64,000 nt of DNA from a virus (IMGVR_UViG_3300024331_000152:32001-96000), one strand, 5' to 3'. Shown: positions 1 through 9,924, counted from the first letter of the stretch. The notes: a model not told the origin generated them from the letters alone. Made by a program: numbers and translations.

Positions 1-154
1 GCGATCCTGCGCGCCGCCGTGATGCTGTTTGCGCCGCAAGGTAACGATGGGATCTGGTGCCAGTAGAACGGAATTCCGGCCTCGGTTAGCTGCTTCTCGT
101 ACTCATCGATCATTCCCTCGCGATGAGTGATCTGGGCGACGACGATAATGTCTT

Positions 155-736
155 TCACTGGCAGAACCCCGAGCTTGGCATATTGATGATAGGGGGAACA
201 GTCGGGAAGGACATCCACTGGTACTCCTCAACGAGTCTCTCAATGAAGATCCCGTCAGAGGTGTAGTCGAGAATGTCTGGCCACTGTCCGATTTCTCTTT
301 TTACAACAAGATTCGCGGTGTCCACATGACACATTCGTGGTGTGCCCACAGGAAAAAAGAGACCGCCATGACGGAGAATTGGGAAGAAGGCAACTTGAGG
401 TAAATCATTGTCAACCAGCGCAGAATGAATTGTGGAGAGCGATTCATTATGAGCGAGAAAATTGTCGTCGTCAACTCCGATTAAGTAATCGGCATCAGTT
501 TCATACCATGCGTTGTGGCGACAGGTATTTCCGCCGTTGTGATGCTCAATAGGGCATTCAATAATCTTTCGCAGAGGGTGTTGGATTTTGTCGAGCAGTT
601 CTGCGCGCAGCGGCTTACTGTCTACCATAACGACGTGTTGCCAATTGCTGTGAGTTTGAAGATCGACAGACTCGCAACATCTCAAAAGAGAGTCGCGCTG
701 TATTGTAGGGGTCACAATTCCGAACTTAATTGACAC
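155..736 (-). CDS. Glycosyltransferase family 2 (GT-A fold)
   Basis: N-terminal IVTPT..R..L..C.ESV..QT..NWQHVVMVD and YLIGVDDDN (DxD) motifs typical of GT2. Confidence 0.8.
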   Translation of the reverse strand: MSIKFGIVTPTIQRDSLLRCCESVDLQTHSNWQHVVMVDSKPLRAELLDKIQHPLRKIIECPIEHHNGGNTCRHNAWYETDADYLIGVDDDNFLAHNESLSTIHSALVDNDLPQVAFFPILRHGGLFFPVGTPRMCHVDTANLVVKREIGQWPDILDYTSDGIFIERLVEEYQWMSFPTVPPIINMPSSGFCQ

Positions 737-1338
737 GACTCCCTCCGTTTCGCCCAGTATGCAACTCTCTTTTCTCTCATTTTGCGCTTAGTTTCATCAG
801 AGACCGAGTGGCCCATCTTTCCCGCGCTCAGACGTGCCCGCCATTGTTCGTCAAACACACGCTTTTTGCCAAACATAGGATTGCCCGAGCCGGTCATCTT
901 TTTTGAGTGTTCCGTAGGGTCGTACCCTTGTATCGGATTAGCCTTGCGATATTGGCTCAAAATATCTTTGAAGGACTGACCTCTATTTTTTCCAAGCCAG
1001 TATCCCTGCTTTCCTTTGTTGGCTATACTGATTTTCCTTTTATGATCTTCACTCCTGATAGATCCGCATGCTCCCTCACCGCCGTCTGTAAAATTACGGA
1101 GACAACCAGTGCCAAGATCTTCACGCCCATAAAATGAGATCAGAAAACATTCAGCAAATAGCGCTTGATCTTCAGATTCGTGATCTTGAACAATCACATA
1201 TTCTTCTGGTGGAGATCCCTTACGGTACGCGCGGCCCCTTCTTCTGCTCGTGCGGAAGCCCTTGCCAGCGTAAAAGGGAGTACCGTCAGGCCGAAGCCAA
1301 AGGTATGTGTAGTATGTTCGTATTGTTGCTTCTTTCAT
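712..1338 (-). CDS. GIY-YIG-like homing endonuclease with NUMOD3 repeats
   Basis: YYTYLWLRPDGTPFYAGKG N-terminus, NFTDGGEG, SEDHKRKIS / GNPMFGK / SDETKRKM NUMOD3 motifs. Confidence 0.8.
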   Translation of the reverse strand: MKEATIRTYYTYLWLRPDGTPFYAGKGFRTSRRRGRAYRKGSPPEEYVIVQDHESEDQALFAECFLISFYGREDLGTGCLRNFTDGGEGACGSIRSEDHKRKISIANKGKQGYWLGKNRGQSFKDILSQYRKANPIQGYDPTEHSKKMTGSGNPMFGKKRVFDEQWRARLSAGKMGHSVSDETKRKMREKRVAYWAKRRESCQLSSEL

Positions 1339-2762
1339 GACGCTCGCAGAATAGACGGCGGAAGATTCATGCCCATGCTGTGTTCAAAGTGTACTGCGGC
1401 GGCGGCGGCAGGAAACGGGATTTCAAGTTTCGACCGGACCTCGTTCTCTACTTCGTCTCTCAGCCTGACAATTTCTTGTGGGGACAGGTAGTCTGTCCAG
1501 ACATAGGACGTATACTCTCCGGGTTTGCCTTTATAGAACTGCATCTCGCGAGAAAAGTCTACATTTTTTGAATAAAGAACATCGCCATTAGTTTCGAACT
1601 TGTACGTGTCTCCTGCGACGTGGATCGCGGCGTCGTAATACTGCGTGCCCGGGTAGACTGTGATCACGGTACAGTCGAAGTCATCAGGCTTTTCCTGCAA
1701 CAACCAGTCGCGTGTTGCGAGGACTGTCTCTTCACTCTCTCCCGGGTGGCCAAAGCTCATTAGCGCCTTCACTTTTAGACCGTACTTGTGCGCTATCCGT
1801 AGCATGCGCGTGTTGTCGTCCACGGTCGCATTTTTGGCGATGTTTTTGAGGATCTTAGGATGAGCTGACTCGAATCCGCAGAGCAGCCAGCGGAATCCGG
1901 CTGCGTACATTACCTCAGCCTGTTCTTCCGTGAACAATTCGGCCTTAACAAATCCGCGTAGCCTCCAGTCGATCCCCATGCTGGCGATCTCGCGCATGAG
2001 CGGGACGATGTTACGGTTAACGTTAAGCTCATCATCGTACGCCATTATCGAGCTTAGTCCATATGTGTCATGGATGAAGCGCATCTCGGCAATGACATTT
2101 TCCGTATCTCGCGAGCGAATTCTACGGAGCATTGCAGAGTTTCTTCCGCCGCAAAAATTACAATGGAAAGGGCAACCGAGTTGAAAGATTGCTGATGTAG
2201 CGCGTTTTCCATCGACGTAATAATGATATGAATCCATGTCTATCAGGTGACGAGCGGGCCACGGCGCTTCCGTAAAATCCTTCGACGTATTCCAGAGTAC
2301 AGATTTTGGATCATCCGCATCCACGAGGCCCTTGGTAAATGGCGAGATCGCAGAGAAAATCGCTTTTTCTCCATCACCGGCAACTACCACATCGAAGTCT
2401 TTCAGGATCTCCACCAGAGCCGATTTAGCTCGTTCACTTGCTCGCTTCGCGGCGGCATGTACGAGTGTCGGATGCGGACCGCCAAGGACAGTTTTCGCAC
2501 TCGGATTGCTTGTCTGTAGTGCCTTGAGCACACGAAGGCAGGCGGGGTATTGAGGCGAGGTCGATGTGAAAGCGAATATGTTCGGGTTGCCGACATAATC
2601 AGTTGCTGCATCCTCATAGTTCTCAACTCCTGTGAGATCCAGATGCTCTACCTTATGTCCGGCCTGTTCAAGCACAGCCCCAACCTTCAGGATTCCGAGA
2701 CTGGCAAATACCCTCTCGTCAAGAAGAAATGGACTTGGCGGCGTCACGAGGCAAATATGCAT
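1335..2762 (-). CDS. B12-binding domain radical SAM enzyme
   Basis: GCPFHCNFC (CxxxCxxC), upstream LGGPHPT and VVAGDGE cobalamin-binding motifs, GFES. Confidence 0.9.
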   Translation of the reverse strand: MHICLVTPPSPFLLDERVFASLGILKVGAVLEQAGHKVEHLDLTGVENYEDAATDYVGNPNIFAFTSTSPQYPACLRVLKALQTSNPSAKTVLGGPHPTLVHAAAKRASERAKSALVEILKDFDVVVAGDGEKAIFSAISPFTKGLVDADDPKSVLWNTSKDFTEAPWPARHLIDMDSYHYYVDGKRATSAIFQLGCPFHCNFCGGRNSAMLRRIRSRDTENVIAEMRFIHDTYGLSSIMAYDDELNVNRNIVPLMREIASMGIDWRLRGFVKAELFTEEQAEVMYAAGFRWLLCGFESAHPKILKNIAKNATVDDNTRMLRIAHKYGLKVKALMSFGHPGESEETVLATRDWLLQEKPDDFDCTVITVYPGTQYYDAAIHVAGDTYKFETNGDVLYSKNVDFSREMQFYKGKPGEYTSYVWTDYLSPQEIVRLRDEVENEVRSKLEIPFPAAAAAVHFEHSMGMNLPPSILRAS

Positions 2763-2791
2763 GCCTCATACGGTAGCAGAAAATCGAGGAA

Positions 2792-3262
2792 TTATAATTC
2801 CTTCAGGCTGATCCTGCCACCATTTTTGTTGATAATTCCAGCCTTATTTAAGCGAGATATGACGTTGTAGACATGGGTTCTTGCACAGCGCAGGTGGATG
2901 CGGAGCTGTTCGGCATTCATCTCGCCGTGCAGCATGAGGACGTCGATAGCCTCTGCTGTTTGCCCACCGAGCTTCTGTTTCCACGAATCCCAGACGACCT
3001 TATTGCGTGGCTGTTCGCCGGTCTTTGCGCCCGCTCCGGTAACCGAATCCATCTGCTCGAAGAGATGAGTGAGACCACTATACAGTGGCTGCAAAAAAGT
3101 GCGGATCTGCGAGAGGGCCTGTTCTTCCTTGTCAATAAGGAGCTGGTTTTGTCGCAATTTTTCGCGAAGCTCGGCAACTTCAGCCCGAAGCTGGTCGTTT
3201 TCTTTTTTTATCTCGTAATCCCAGTTTCTAGGAGGAGGGATTGGACTATGCACTATGCTCAT
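2792..3262 (-). CDS. Coiled-coil plus C-terminal winged-HTH protein
   Basis: Heptad-rich N-terminus; C-terminal MNAEQLRIHLRCARTHVYNVISRLNKAGII resembles wHTH. Confidence 0.55.
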   Translation of the reverse strand: MSIVHSPIPPPRNWDYEIKKENDQLRAEVAELREKLRQNQLLIDKEEQALSQIRTFLQPLYSGLTHLFEQMDSVTGAGAKTGEQPRNKVVWDSWKQKLGGQTAEAIDVLMLHGEMNAEQLRIHLRCARTHVYNVISRLNKAGIINKNGGRISLKEL

Positions 3263-3863
3263 CAGAAGAGCCTCCTGTCAGCTTGGCGCGGAATGCGCCA
3301 AGAGTTTGTGTGAGGATGGCTGGCGCGCCGACGCGTTCAAGGCCGCGAATATACGAAAACGCTAGACGAAGCGCACACATATTCAGCCGGGGCTCGTTGT
3401 ATTGGTCGATGGCCATGACATATTCGTGGCGGTTGCTGTGCGTGCCGGTGATCCATGCCTTAGCCTGAATCCGGGCCTCGTTGAGCTTCTTGAAAAGCGC
3501 CGGATCGCCACCGCCAGCGGAGTCTGGATGGCATTTCCTTGCGCGGTCGCGAAAGACTTCATCGATCTCGGCCATCGTGGGTGCCGGATTGTCGAGGCCC
3601 AGCGTCTGTTGCCACGAGAAATCTTCTTTCTTGAGCGAGAACCACACGGCGACGCCGGGATCGAGACGTTCGTCAGGGCTTCGCGAAATCAGGATAGAGG
3701 TGGCATCCATTCGGGTCAGTTCATCGACGAGCGCTTTGAAATATTCAACCCGCGACTTCTTCCACGATGACTGAAGTTTACGTTCCTTGATGCGTGTTCG
3801 CTCTATACCGTCAGGCCATTTAAGCTTGTTCGCATCCTCCACTACGTCGAGTTTCTTCTTCAT
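3246..3863 (-). CDS. J-domain (DnaJ-like) phage protein
   Basis: LGL..PT..EI...FR..ARKCHPDSAGGGDPALFKKLNEA J-domain with HPD. Confidence 0.8.
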   Translation of the reverse strand: MKKKLDVVEDANKLKWPDGIERTRIKERKLQSSWKKSRVEYFKALVDELTRMDATSILISRSPDERLDPGVAVWFSLKKEDFSWQQTLGLDNPAPTMAEIDEVFRDRARKCHPDSAGGGDPALFKKLNEARIQAKAWITGTHSNRHEYVMAIDQYNEPRLNMCALRLAFSYIRGLERVGAPAILTQTLGAFRAKLTGGSSDEHSA

Positions 3864-3876
3864 TGTCTTCTCCCGG

Positions 3877-4602
3877 CTAGATCTTCTTGAAAGTCAGAGC
3901 CCATACCCACGGGTTTTCTTTGTGTGCGTGCACACCGTTGATGTCATCCCAAAGGTAAAAGTATGCCTGACGTCGCGGCGGCGCGAGATGGTTTTTTACG
4001 AGGTACGCATCGTCTATACCTTCGGCAAGAGCATCCTCTTCGCTGATGTCCTGCAAGCGCTCGACACGTACGTCTGTGATCTCCAGCAGTGTTCGCGAGC
4101 ACCAGCGGAACATGAAGCGCGCGTGCCGCCACTTGTCACCGTGCCGTCCATTGTCATGTGCGACGATCCACTTGTCGGCAGCTTCACGCGTGGGCTCGAT
4201 AGGCCGGAAAGAGTTGTCCGCTTTATATCGGACGCCGTCGATACCAGTCTTCGGATCTTCCCATGTGCGCCACGCCTCGCGGACCCAAAAACGGTCTCCG
4301 ACGATGCCGTGTGCTTTGGGACCATGTTTTTCGATGAATTGTTGGACACCCATACTATGGTAAGTCCCAACACTTTCACACTCTGTGATGACGTGCTTTA
4401 GAGGTCCCGGAGGAAGTTCGGTTGGAAACATGTCTGGGCAAATAAACAGGTCACCAATTTCTATTTTTGTAAATGACTGTGCGGGGCTAATAGTCCTGCA
4501 TGACCGAGGCTGAGGAGTAAGCACGCGCCGCGTTTGCCACTTCAGGCCGTCGCGAGACTTCTGAGCGTTCGCAGGTGTGAATAAGATACCGCGTTCTTTC
4601 AT
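3877..4602 (-). CDS. Conserved phage protein (ASCH/PUA-like, MKERGILF family)
   Basis: MKERGILF..K.QTRR, GDRFWVREAW, LEITDVRVERLQDISEEDALAEG, NPWVWALTF. Confidence 0.7.
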   Translation of the reverse strand: MKERGILFTPANAQKSRDGLKWQTRRVLTPQPRSCRTISPAQSFTKIEIGDLFICPDMFPTELPPGPLKHVITECESVGTYHSMGVQQFIEKHGPKAHGIVGDRFWVREAWRTWEDPKTGIDGVRYKADNSFRPIEPTREAADKWIVAHDNGRHGDKWRHARFMFRWCSRTLLEITDVRVERLQDISEEDALAEGIDDAYLVKNHLAPPRRQAYFYLWDDINGVHAHKENPWVWALTFKKI

Positions 4603-4940
4603 GGATTCACCTTCAGAAACTCCCGAAAGCTCCCGCCTGTTGCATCCGACCAGTCAAGGAATCGTTGATACCGCTGTTGGCTCTTCGTCAGCACAGGAGC
4701 CTTCGGCGACGCGCTGCGCATAGCCACAATACCGTTGCCTGTCACGCGATAACAGACGTCACCACCGGTCGCTGTATTTCCCGGAAACTTTTCCATAAAG
4801 CCCAACGTCACCAACTCATCAGCAACCGCACATTCACCGATGTAGTAGTCGCGGTAGTACCAGTCATGACCTTTCGGCCAGCGACCGTATTGATCCGACC
4901 CGAGAGCGTGTTGTAGGACTTCAAGCTGGCGCGGCGTCAT
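4599..4940 (-). CDS. Hypothetical phage protein
   Basis: ORF overlapping both neighbours in a - strand operon. Confidence 0.6.
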   Translation of the reverse strand: MTPRQLEVLQHALGSDQYGRWPKGHDWYYRDYYIGECAVADELVTLGFMEKFPGNTATGGDVCYRVTGNGIVAMRSASPKAPVLTKSQQRYQRFLDWSDATGGSFREFLKVNP

Positions 4941-5692
4941 TTGACCACCGGAAACTGATTTGCGATCAGATGTGCAGGGATCAGGTGTTTGCCTTCATCT
5001 GGGATGCGCGCCGACATCTGCTTCATAAAGAAGGCGACGCCATACTTTTCACACTCTTGTTTTATATCTTCTGCCCACTTCTGCTCCATTGGGCGAAAGC
5101 CAGCGCCGCTCTCACCACCGCAAATGATCCAGTCAGGAAGTCCTAACCCGCTATGACTGGCATCCATAGTTAATGGGCCGATAGCAGGCTCATAGCTTAT
5201 CCACGCAGGGAAGCCACGATCCTGACGGAGGACCGCGATTAAAGGCCAGCGGACGTCGTAGAATTCCTGATTCTCGCAAGTCGTTCCGATCCACACGTTG
5301 TCATGCACGAAATCATGCGGAAGGTAACGTTCGTACCGATGCGGTCTCTTCGTCAGGAGCTGCCAGATCAAGTACGGCGTGTGATCGATCAAAGACCAGA
5401 GCCGCTCGCGCGCACCTTCCGGCGCTTCGTCATCCATCACATCGCAGAGCGAGCCACAGAAGACTTTATGCTTCACGCCTGCCTTCTCAGCCTCACGGTT
5501 CCACTGAAGCGGCTTCTTCCAGTTTGAATCAGACGTCAGGCGGCGCGGCTTTCCTTTACCCCAGCTATCGTGTCCCCAGCGGTGGTCTTGTGATTCCGCA
5601 TAACAATGGTCACACCCGGGCGAGACCTTCGTGCAGCCAATCCAAGGATTCCAGCTACTGTCCGCCCATGCGATCTTAGTAACCTTTCCCAC
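4937..5692 (-). CDS. Gp37/Gp68-like (DUF5131) radical-SAM-like protein
   Basis: IAWADSSWNPWIGCTKVSPGCDHCYA, QLLTKRP, WIICGGESG; GTG start with AGGAGG RBS. Confidence 0.85.
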   Translation of the reverse strand: MGKVTKIAWADSSWNPWIGCTKVSPGCDHCYAESQDHRWGHDSWGKGKPRRLTSDSNWKKPLQWNREAEKAGVKHKVFCGSLCDVMDDEAPEGARERLWSLIDHTPYLIWQLLTKRPHRYERYLPHDFVHDNVWIGTTCENQEFYDVRWPLIAVLRQDRGFPAWISYEPAIGPLTMDASHSGLGLPDWIICGGESGAGFRPMEQKWAEDIKQECEKYGVAFFMKQMSARIPDEGKHLIPAHLIANQFPVVK

Positions 5693-6434
5693 GATGTACC
5701 TCCTTATGACACACATCGCAAAGCGTGATTCCATTAGCGAGCAAAAAGCGAACTAAAACGAAGGTCGCGAATGGAAGAATATGATGGGCGTGCAAGTTCC
5801 CTCCCGTTGCATCGCCACAGCGTTGGCAGGTAAATCGGTCCCGTGAGTAGACTTCGTACCGCCAGCGCTTATACTCGGCGCTGTAGCGTATACCCAGACG
5901 CTCAACGCCACGTCCATCAACATATCCATGGCATTGATTTCCACGCTTCGCTACAGCTCGAACAGACGCGCTTATTTTAGCTCGCTCTTGAAGGGTACGC
6001 GGCACACCGCGTTTTTCACTTACAAACCCCGGTTTCCGACCGCCATTAAAATTGGGTCCAAAATGTTTACCCTTCATCGGTGACGGTCGTCCTTTTGTAC
6101 ACTTGCGAACCTCGACACGTCGAACAGCTAGGCAGCGAGATGCCAGCCCGTCCGCGCGCCACGCATCGCGGCCAAAGTTTTCTACAGGTTCCATCTTTTT
6201 ACAATCAGAACACCAACGCAATCCAGACGCACAAAGACGCCGGTATTCGTCAATCGGAATACCGATTCGCTTCATGAACGTCTTCAACGCGCCGTCTCTC
6301 GTCTGTGCCATTATTGCGTTATTTCTTCCTCGCTTCCAGCATCGCGTCGGCCATTTGATAATATCGTTCAGCCGCCTTATCGAAATATTTGATTTGGAGA
6401 GCACTGTCCCCGTAATCTTGAGCAGCCCAATCAC
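5676..6434 (-). CDS. HNH endonuclease
   Basis: VYSRDRFTCQRCG..LHAHHI...NGITLCDVCH; true start probably downstream (MAQTRDG). Confidence 0.8.
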   Translation of the reverse strand: MIGLLKITGTVLSKSNISIRRLNDIIKWPTRCWKRGRNNAIMAQTRDGALKTFMKRIGIPIDEYRRLCASGLRWCSDCKKMEPVENFGRDAWRADGLASRCLAVRRVEVRKCTKGRPSPMKGKHFGPNFNGGRKPGFVSEKRGVPRTLQERAKISASVRAVAKRGNQCHGYVDGRGVERLGIRYSAEYKRWRYEVYSRDRFTCQRCGDATGGNLHAHHILPFATFVLVRFLLANGITLCDVCHKEVHRGKGY

Positions 6435-6657
6435 CTGTCAGCGCCGCCATCGCGAACTGATCGCGGATAGATAGTTTGTCAGGAAACAGAGCTTCGATGA
6501 GCTGCCCGTCTGCAAGCTTTTCGGTCTGCTTGAGCTTCGCCTCAAGCTCTTGCCACTGTTCCTTGTCGTACCCGGGTGTGCCGACAGCCTTTGTCCAGAG
6601 CGTGTGGAGTAGTTGATGATTATTCATAGTCCCCCCCAGTGTTTCAGTATTTGTCAT
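6319..6657 (-). CDS. Hypothetical phage protein
   Basis: SIRDQFAMAAL...YQMADAMLEARK, a common small phage protein motif. Confidence 0.6.
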   Translation of the reverse strand: MTNTETLGGTMNNHQLLHTLWTKAVGTPGYDKEQWQELEAKLKQTEKLADGQLIEALFPDKLSIRDQFAMAALTGDWAAQDYGDSALQIKYFDKAAERYYQMADAMLEARKK

Positions 6658-6850
6658 TCAGATCTCGAAGATAAAAAAGTTGCTTTGGACTCACGGAGCG
6701 CGCGTCGTCCATCTTGCCGATAAACTCCGCTTCTCTTTCGGTCATTTGGCTCACTGTGATGCGTTCCAGAAGTTGGCGCAGGATGCGATCCTTCTCTGCA
6801 ACGCGTTCATCTTCGGTCAGTGTTGATTGGCTTAGATCGTGGTATCCCAT
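6644..6850 (-). CDS. Hypothetical protein
   Basis: GGAGG RBS upstream, coupled to the next gene. Confidence 0.55.
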   Translation of the reverse strand: MGYHDLSQSTLTEDERVAEKDRILRQLLERITVSQMTEREAEFIGKMDDARSVSPKQLFYLRDLNDKY

Positions 6851-7046
6851 ATGCCTCCTATTTCACCTGTTTCAGACTGGCTTTTCTGGCCAAGCATTTG
6901 CTTCATTCTTCGTGAGCGCAGTGGTTGCAACGACGACGACGTTCTTTAGTCCAAACTTGCCTATCCTGTCATCGAGAAGCTTATGAATAGCCTCGACTGG
7001 ACAGCCGGTCAGGTGCGCGTACTTGCGCTCGCATACAGGGCATTGT

Positions 7047-8276
7047 CTATCGAGCGGCATGGATACCGTCCTTAATCCACTTCTGCCAGCGCGGCCAGAG
7101 CTGTTTCCAATCGAGGTGATCAGGCAGCACAGTACGCGTCTTTGTCTTGATGATGTCATCTGCTGCTGCTGCCCAAATATGAGGATCGTAAACGGGCCGC
7201 TTGCACCCATACAGCCCTTCGTAACGATAGGTCTGCGTGCCGACAAAATGCCCACCACCGTTCTCTGGCGCGCCGCCATAGTTCGCGGCAACACAAGGCG
7301 TGCCGCAAGCGACCGATTCGAAGATCGGGAATCCGAAACCTTCACCTAACCCGATTCCAAACGTGAGGTCGCATGCGCTGTAGGCGATTGCCAAATTTAC
7401 TTCACTTAGCTCGCCGGAAAGCAGCGTGTCTTTGTCGAGACCGTAATCGATCAGTAGTGAAGGGATCGACCAATAGCGTTCCAACGCGTCGGTGTGTATC
7501 CAGAGTCTGATTTTGTGGCCGTTGCGCTTTAAGATCGATGCTGTCTCCAACGCTAATGCGTAGTCTTTCCGATGCTGGTTCGTTGCGACGATGCCGATCA
7601 GCACCTCATCCTGCGCGATACTCTTCTGCACGCCGTAGATCGAGGTTGAGCCCGTCTTAGCAAGGAACTGCTTGCGACAGAGAGATTGATTCGTCGGGAA
7701 GAAGACGCTCGTATCGATGCCATGCGGCAGGTAATCGAGATCCCTGACGTTGTTCTCCAGTGAATTAGCACAGATATTTTGTGCCCACGACGAGTAGGCG
7801 AGTAGGCGATCAAAACCTGCAAGAGACTTCCGCAGAGGGAACGTCAGTTTGTCGTTCGGACCTGTTGCATCGATTGGAAGGTAGGCCCAGCGTTTGAAGG
7901 GCTTTTGAAGAAGAAATTTCTGGAGCTGTGGAAACACAGCGAGCTGCGGGGCTCTGTCTGGGATCGCGAGCCACATCAGGCGCGACAGATCCCAGACAGA
8001 CATCAAGATTCCGTGTTCACCTTGCGCGAAATCGTCCCATACTACCGGCAATGATGGCAGTATAAATTCGGTTGAAACAGGCTCCTTCTCCATCGTGTAT
8101 TGCTCGAAGCCGAGATGACGAGAGTGTGGTGCGCCCCATCCATACGTGCCGACGCGGATAATGTCGGACATGTGCTCGTGAATCCCTTTGGCGATTTGTA
8201 GTGTGATTCGTGCAAGCCCGGTCGGCGCAGTGATTGCATCGGACACGAGCAACATGGGTACTGTTTTGACGGCCAT
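7047..8276 (-). CDS. Glycosyltransferase family 4 (GT-B fold)
   Basis: PTGLAR, LPHGIDTSVF, NQHRKDY, EGFGFPIFESVACGTPCVA (ExxxxxxxE motif). Confidence 0.85.
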   Translation of the reverse strand: MAVKTVPMLLVSDAITAPTGLARITLQIAKGIHEHMSDIIRVGTYGWGAPHSRHLGFEQYTMEKEPVSTEFILPSLPVVWDDFAQGEHGILMSVWDLSRLMWLAIPDRAPQLAVFPQLQKFLLQKPFKRWAYLPIDATGPNDKLTFPLRKSLAGFDRLLAYSSWAQNICANSLENNVRDLDYLPHGIDTSVFFPTNQSLCRKQFLAKTGSTSIYGVQKSIAQDEVLIGIVATNQHRKDYALALETASILKRNGHKIRLWIHTDALERYWSIPSLLIDYGLDKDTLLSGELSEVNLAIAYSACDLTFGIGLGEGFGFPIFESVACGTPCVAANYGGAPENGGGHFVGTQTYRYEGLYGCKRPVYDPHIWAAAADDIIKTKTRTVLPDHLDWKQLWPRWQKWIKDGIHAAR

Positions 8277-8315
8277 GTCGCCGAGAATATCAGGAAGCGC
8301 AGAGTTTGGCGAGTG

Positions 8316-8747
8316 TTATTCTTGGCACTCTTCCACAGTGATCAGAGCATGTGGCGTCTCGTGATAATCCTTCGAAACCTGTGCGCGTACCACCTGACAA
8401 TCATCTGTCCAGAGAATACCTTTCAATGCATCGAGACATGATCGCATCAGCTTGTCTTCATCGGGCTTGACAACGGGGTATAGCCGGTCCTTCGGAGCGA
8501 ACTTCGGTCGTGCAAAATAGAAGCGCAGAGTTATCGATACCGGAGCTTCTTTAGGAAAAGGAATCGTATTAAATCCAGCATCAACGCGCGCACGAAGCGC
8601 AGCCCATCCGACCTCTTGGCGGAATGGCATTGTGTTAGTGTTGTCGGATTTGACGAAGGCTTTGCCCGTACGATTCGAGATAATTGCGCGCATGCTCCCT
8701 TGCGGAGCTGGTGTGCCGAGCACGGTAAATGATATCCGTGGTCCCAT
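8316..8747 (-). CDS. rusA: RusA-family Holliday junction resolvase
   Basis: GTPAPQGS and KPDEDKLMRSCLDALKGILWTDDCQVV catalytic motif. Confidence 0.85.
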   Translation of the reverse strand: MGPRISFTVLGTPAPQGSMRAIISNRTGKAFVKSDNTNTMPFRQEVGWAALRARVDAGFNTIPFPKEAPVSITLRFYFARPKFAPKDRLYPVVKPDEDKLMRSCLDALKGILWTDDCQVVRAQVSKDYHETPHALITVEECQE

Positions 8748-8883
8748 TGTCCAGAATCTGGATTATTTCACAAGAGAGGCTCCGACATCCCTGCGCTCCG
8801 GCTTCCCCAACCCAAGCGGGAGCCCCTCTTGCATGAGCGACAATATCAAATTGCATTCGTGAAATCTATATCAAAAAACATGC

Positions 8884-9048
8884 TTGACACTCTGCCGGAA
8901 TCATGGAATGATTCATTCCGTGATGAAGTTCTTAGCTCTCAGTTCGCTCTCTCTGTATTGCCTGTCATCGGCAGGCATGGGGGCGTCTATGTAAGCGCGA
9001 GCTTCAGTAGACTTGGCAACTGCCCCCGGCTAACCGCTGGGGGTTTTT
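8884..9048 (+). promoter_or_regulatory. Promoter, leader peptide and attenuator of tRNA operon 1
   Basis: TTGACA-17-AATGAT; uORF 8923-8994 MKFLALSSLSLYCLSSAGMGASM; terminator GCCCCCGGC/GCTGGGGGT+T4 (9022-9048); antiterminator GGGGGC 8979-8984. Confidence 0.8.
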
Positions 9049-9052
9049 ATTT

Positions 9053-9129
9053 GCGCGCGTACGCCAACGGAAGAGCGAATCGCCTTAAAAGCGATTGGTT
9101 GATGGGTTCGAATCCCTCGGCGCGCACCA
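9053..9129 (+). tRNA. tRNA-Leu(TAA), short variable loop
   Basis: Cloverleaf, ATCGC-CTTAAAA-GCGAT, CCA end. Confidence 0.85.
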
Positions 9130-9131
9130 AT

Positions 9132-9207
9132 GTACCGGAAGGTAAAGGCTGGAACCAGCGGTCCGCAAAACCGCTTTTAGCGAGTTGAACTCTCGCCCGG
9201 TACTCCA
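9132..9207 (+). tRNA. tRNA-Cys(GCA)
   Basis: GCGGT-CCGCAAA-ACCGC, U73, CCA. Confidence 0.85.
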
Positions 9208-9217
9208 ATTTTGAAGT

Positions 9218-9294
9218 GCTCCGGTAGCCCAAAGGCAGGAGGCGCACGGTTCAGGTTCGTGACAGTGTGGGTTCGAATCCCACCCGGAGTACCA
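9218..9294 (+). tRNA. tRNA-Leu(CAG), short variable loop
   Basis: CACGG-TTCAGGT-TCGTG, TTCGAAT T-loop, CCA. Confidence 0.85.
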
Positions 9295-9297
9295 AGT

Positions 9298-9376
9298 GCA
9301 CGAGTAGCCCAACTAGGTAGGAGGCACACGCTTGAGGGGCGTGGCAGTATGGGTTCGAATCCCATCTCGTGTACCA
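9298..9376 (+). tRNA. tRNA-Leu(GAG), short variable loop
   Basis: CACGC-TTGAGGG-GCGTG, CCA. Confidence 0.85.
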
Positions 9377-9387
9377 AATTTAAATGT

Positions 9388-9466
9388 GCCTGCGTAGCCC
9401 AATTAGGTAGGAGGCGTCTGGCTTAGAACCAGAACAGTATGGGTTCGAATCCCTTCGCAGGTACCA
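9388..9466 (+). tRNA. tRNA-Leu(TAG), short variable loop
   Basis: TCTGG-CTTAGAA-CCAGA, CCA. Confidence 0.85.
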
Positions 9467-9467
9467 T

Positions 9468-9546
9468 GCCCTCGTAGCCCAACTAGGCAGGAGGCACTTC
9501 ATTCAAAACGAAGTCAGTGTCGGTTCGAATCCGACCGAGGGCACCA
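9468..9546 (+). tRNA. tRNA-Leu(CAA), short variable loop
   Basis: CTTCA-TTCAAAA-CGAAG, CCA. Confidence 0.85.
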
Positions 9547-9555
9547 AGTTTTAAC

Positions 9556-9648
9556 GGAGCGTTGGCTGAGTCTGGTTTAAGGCACCTCACTGCTAACGAG
9601 GCGTGACTGTAAAAGGCACCGTGCGTTCGAATCGCACACGCTCCGCCA
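9556..9648 (+). tRNA. tRNA-Ser(GCT)
   Basis: CTGCTAA loop, long variable arm, G73 CCA. Confidence 0.85.
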
Positions 9649-9655
9649 TTTGAAC

Positions 9656-9743
9656 GGATGAGTGAGCGGAATGGTATCGCCCTGCGTTGGAAGCGCAGCT
9701 CACGTGAAAGCGTGTGCAGGTTCGAGTCCTGTCTCATCCGCCA
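9656..9743 (+). tRNA. tRNA-Ser(GGA)
   Basis: CTGCG-TTGGAAG-CGCAG, long variable arm. Confidence 0.85.
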
Positions 9744-9744
9744 T

Positions 9745-9832
9745 GGAAGCACTGGGCATGTGGAGAGCCCACCCGCCTCGAAAGCGGACGTACCGCAAGG
9801 TACTGAGTGTTCGACTCACTCTGCTTCCGCCA
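9745..9832 (+). tRNA. tRNA-Ser(CGA)
   Basis: CCGC-CTCGAAA-GCGG, long variable arm. Confidence 0.85.
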
Positions 9833-9836
9833 GTTT

Positions 9837-9924
9837 GGGTGTGTGGGCGAGCGCTTTAAGCCTCTGGCCTTGAAAGCCAGCGTACCGAAAGGTACCGTGG
9901 GTTGGAATCCCACCGCACCCGCCA
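9837..9924 (+). tRNA. tRNA-Ser(TGA)
   Basis: CTGGC-CTTGAAA-GCCAG, long variable arm. Confidence 0.85.
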
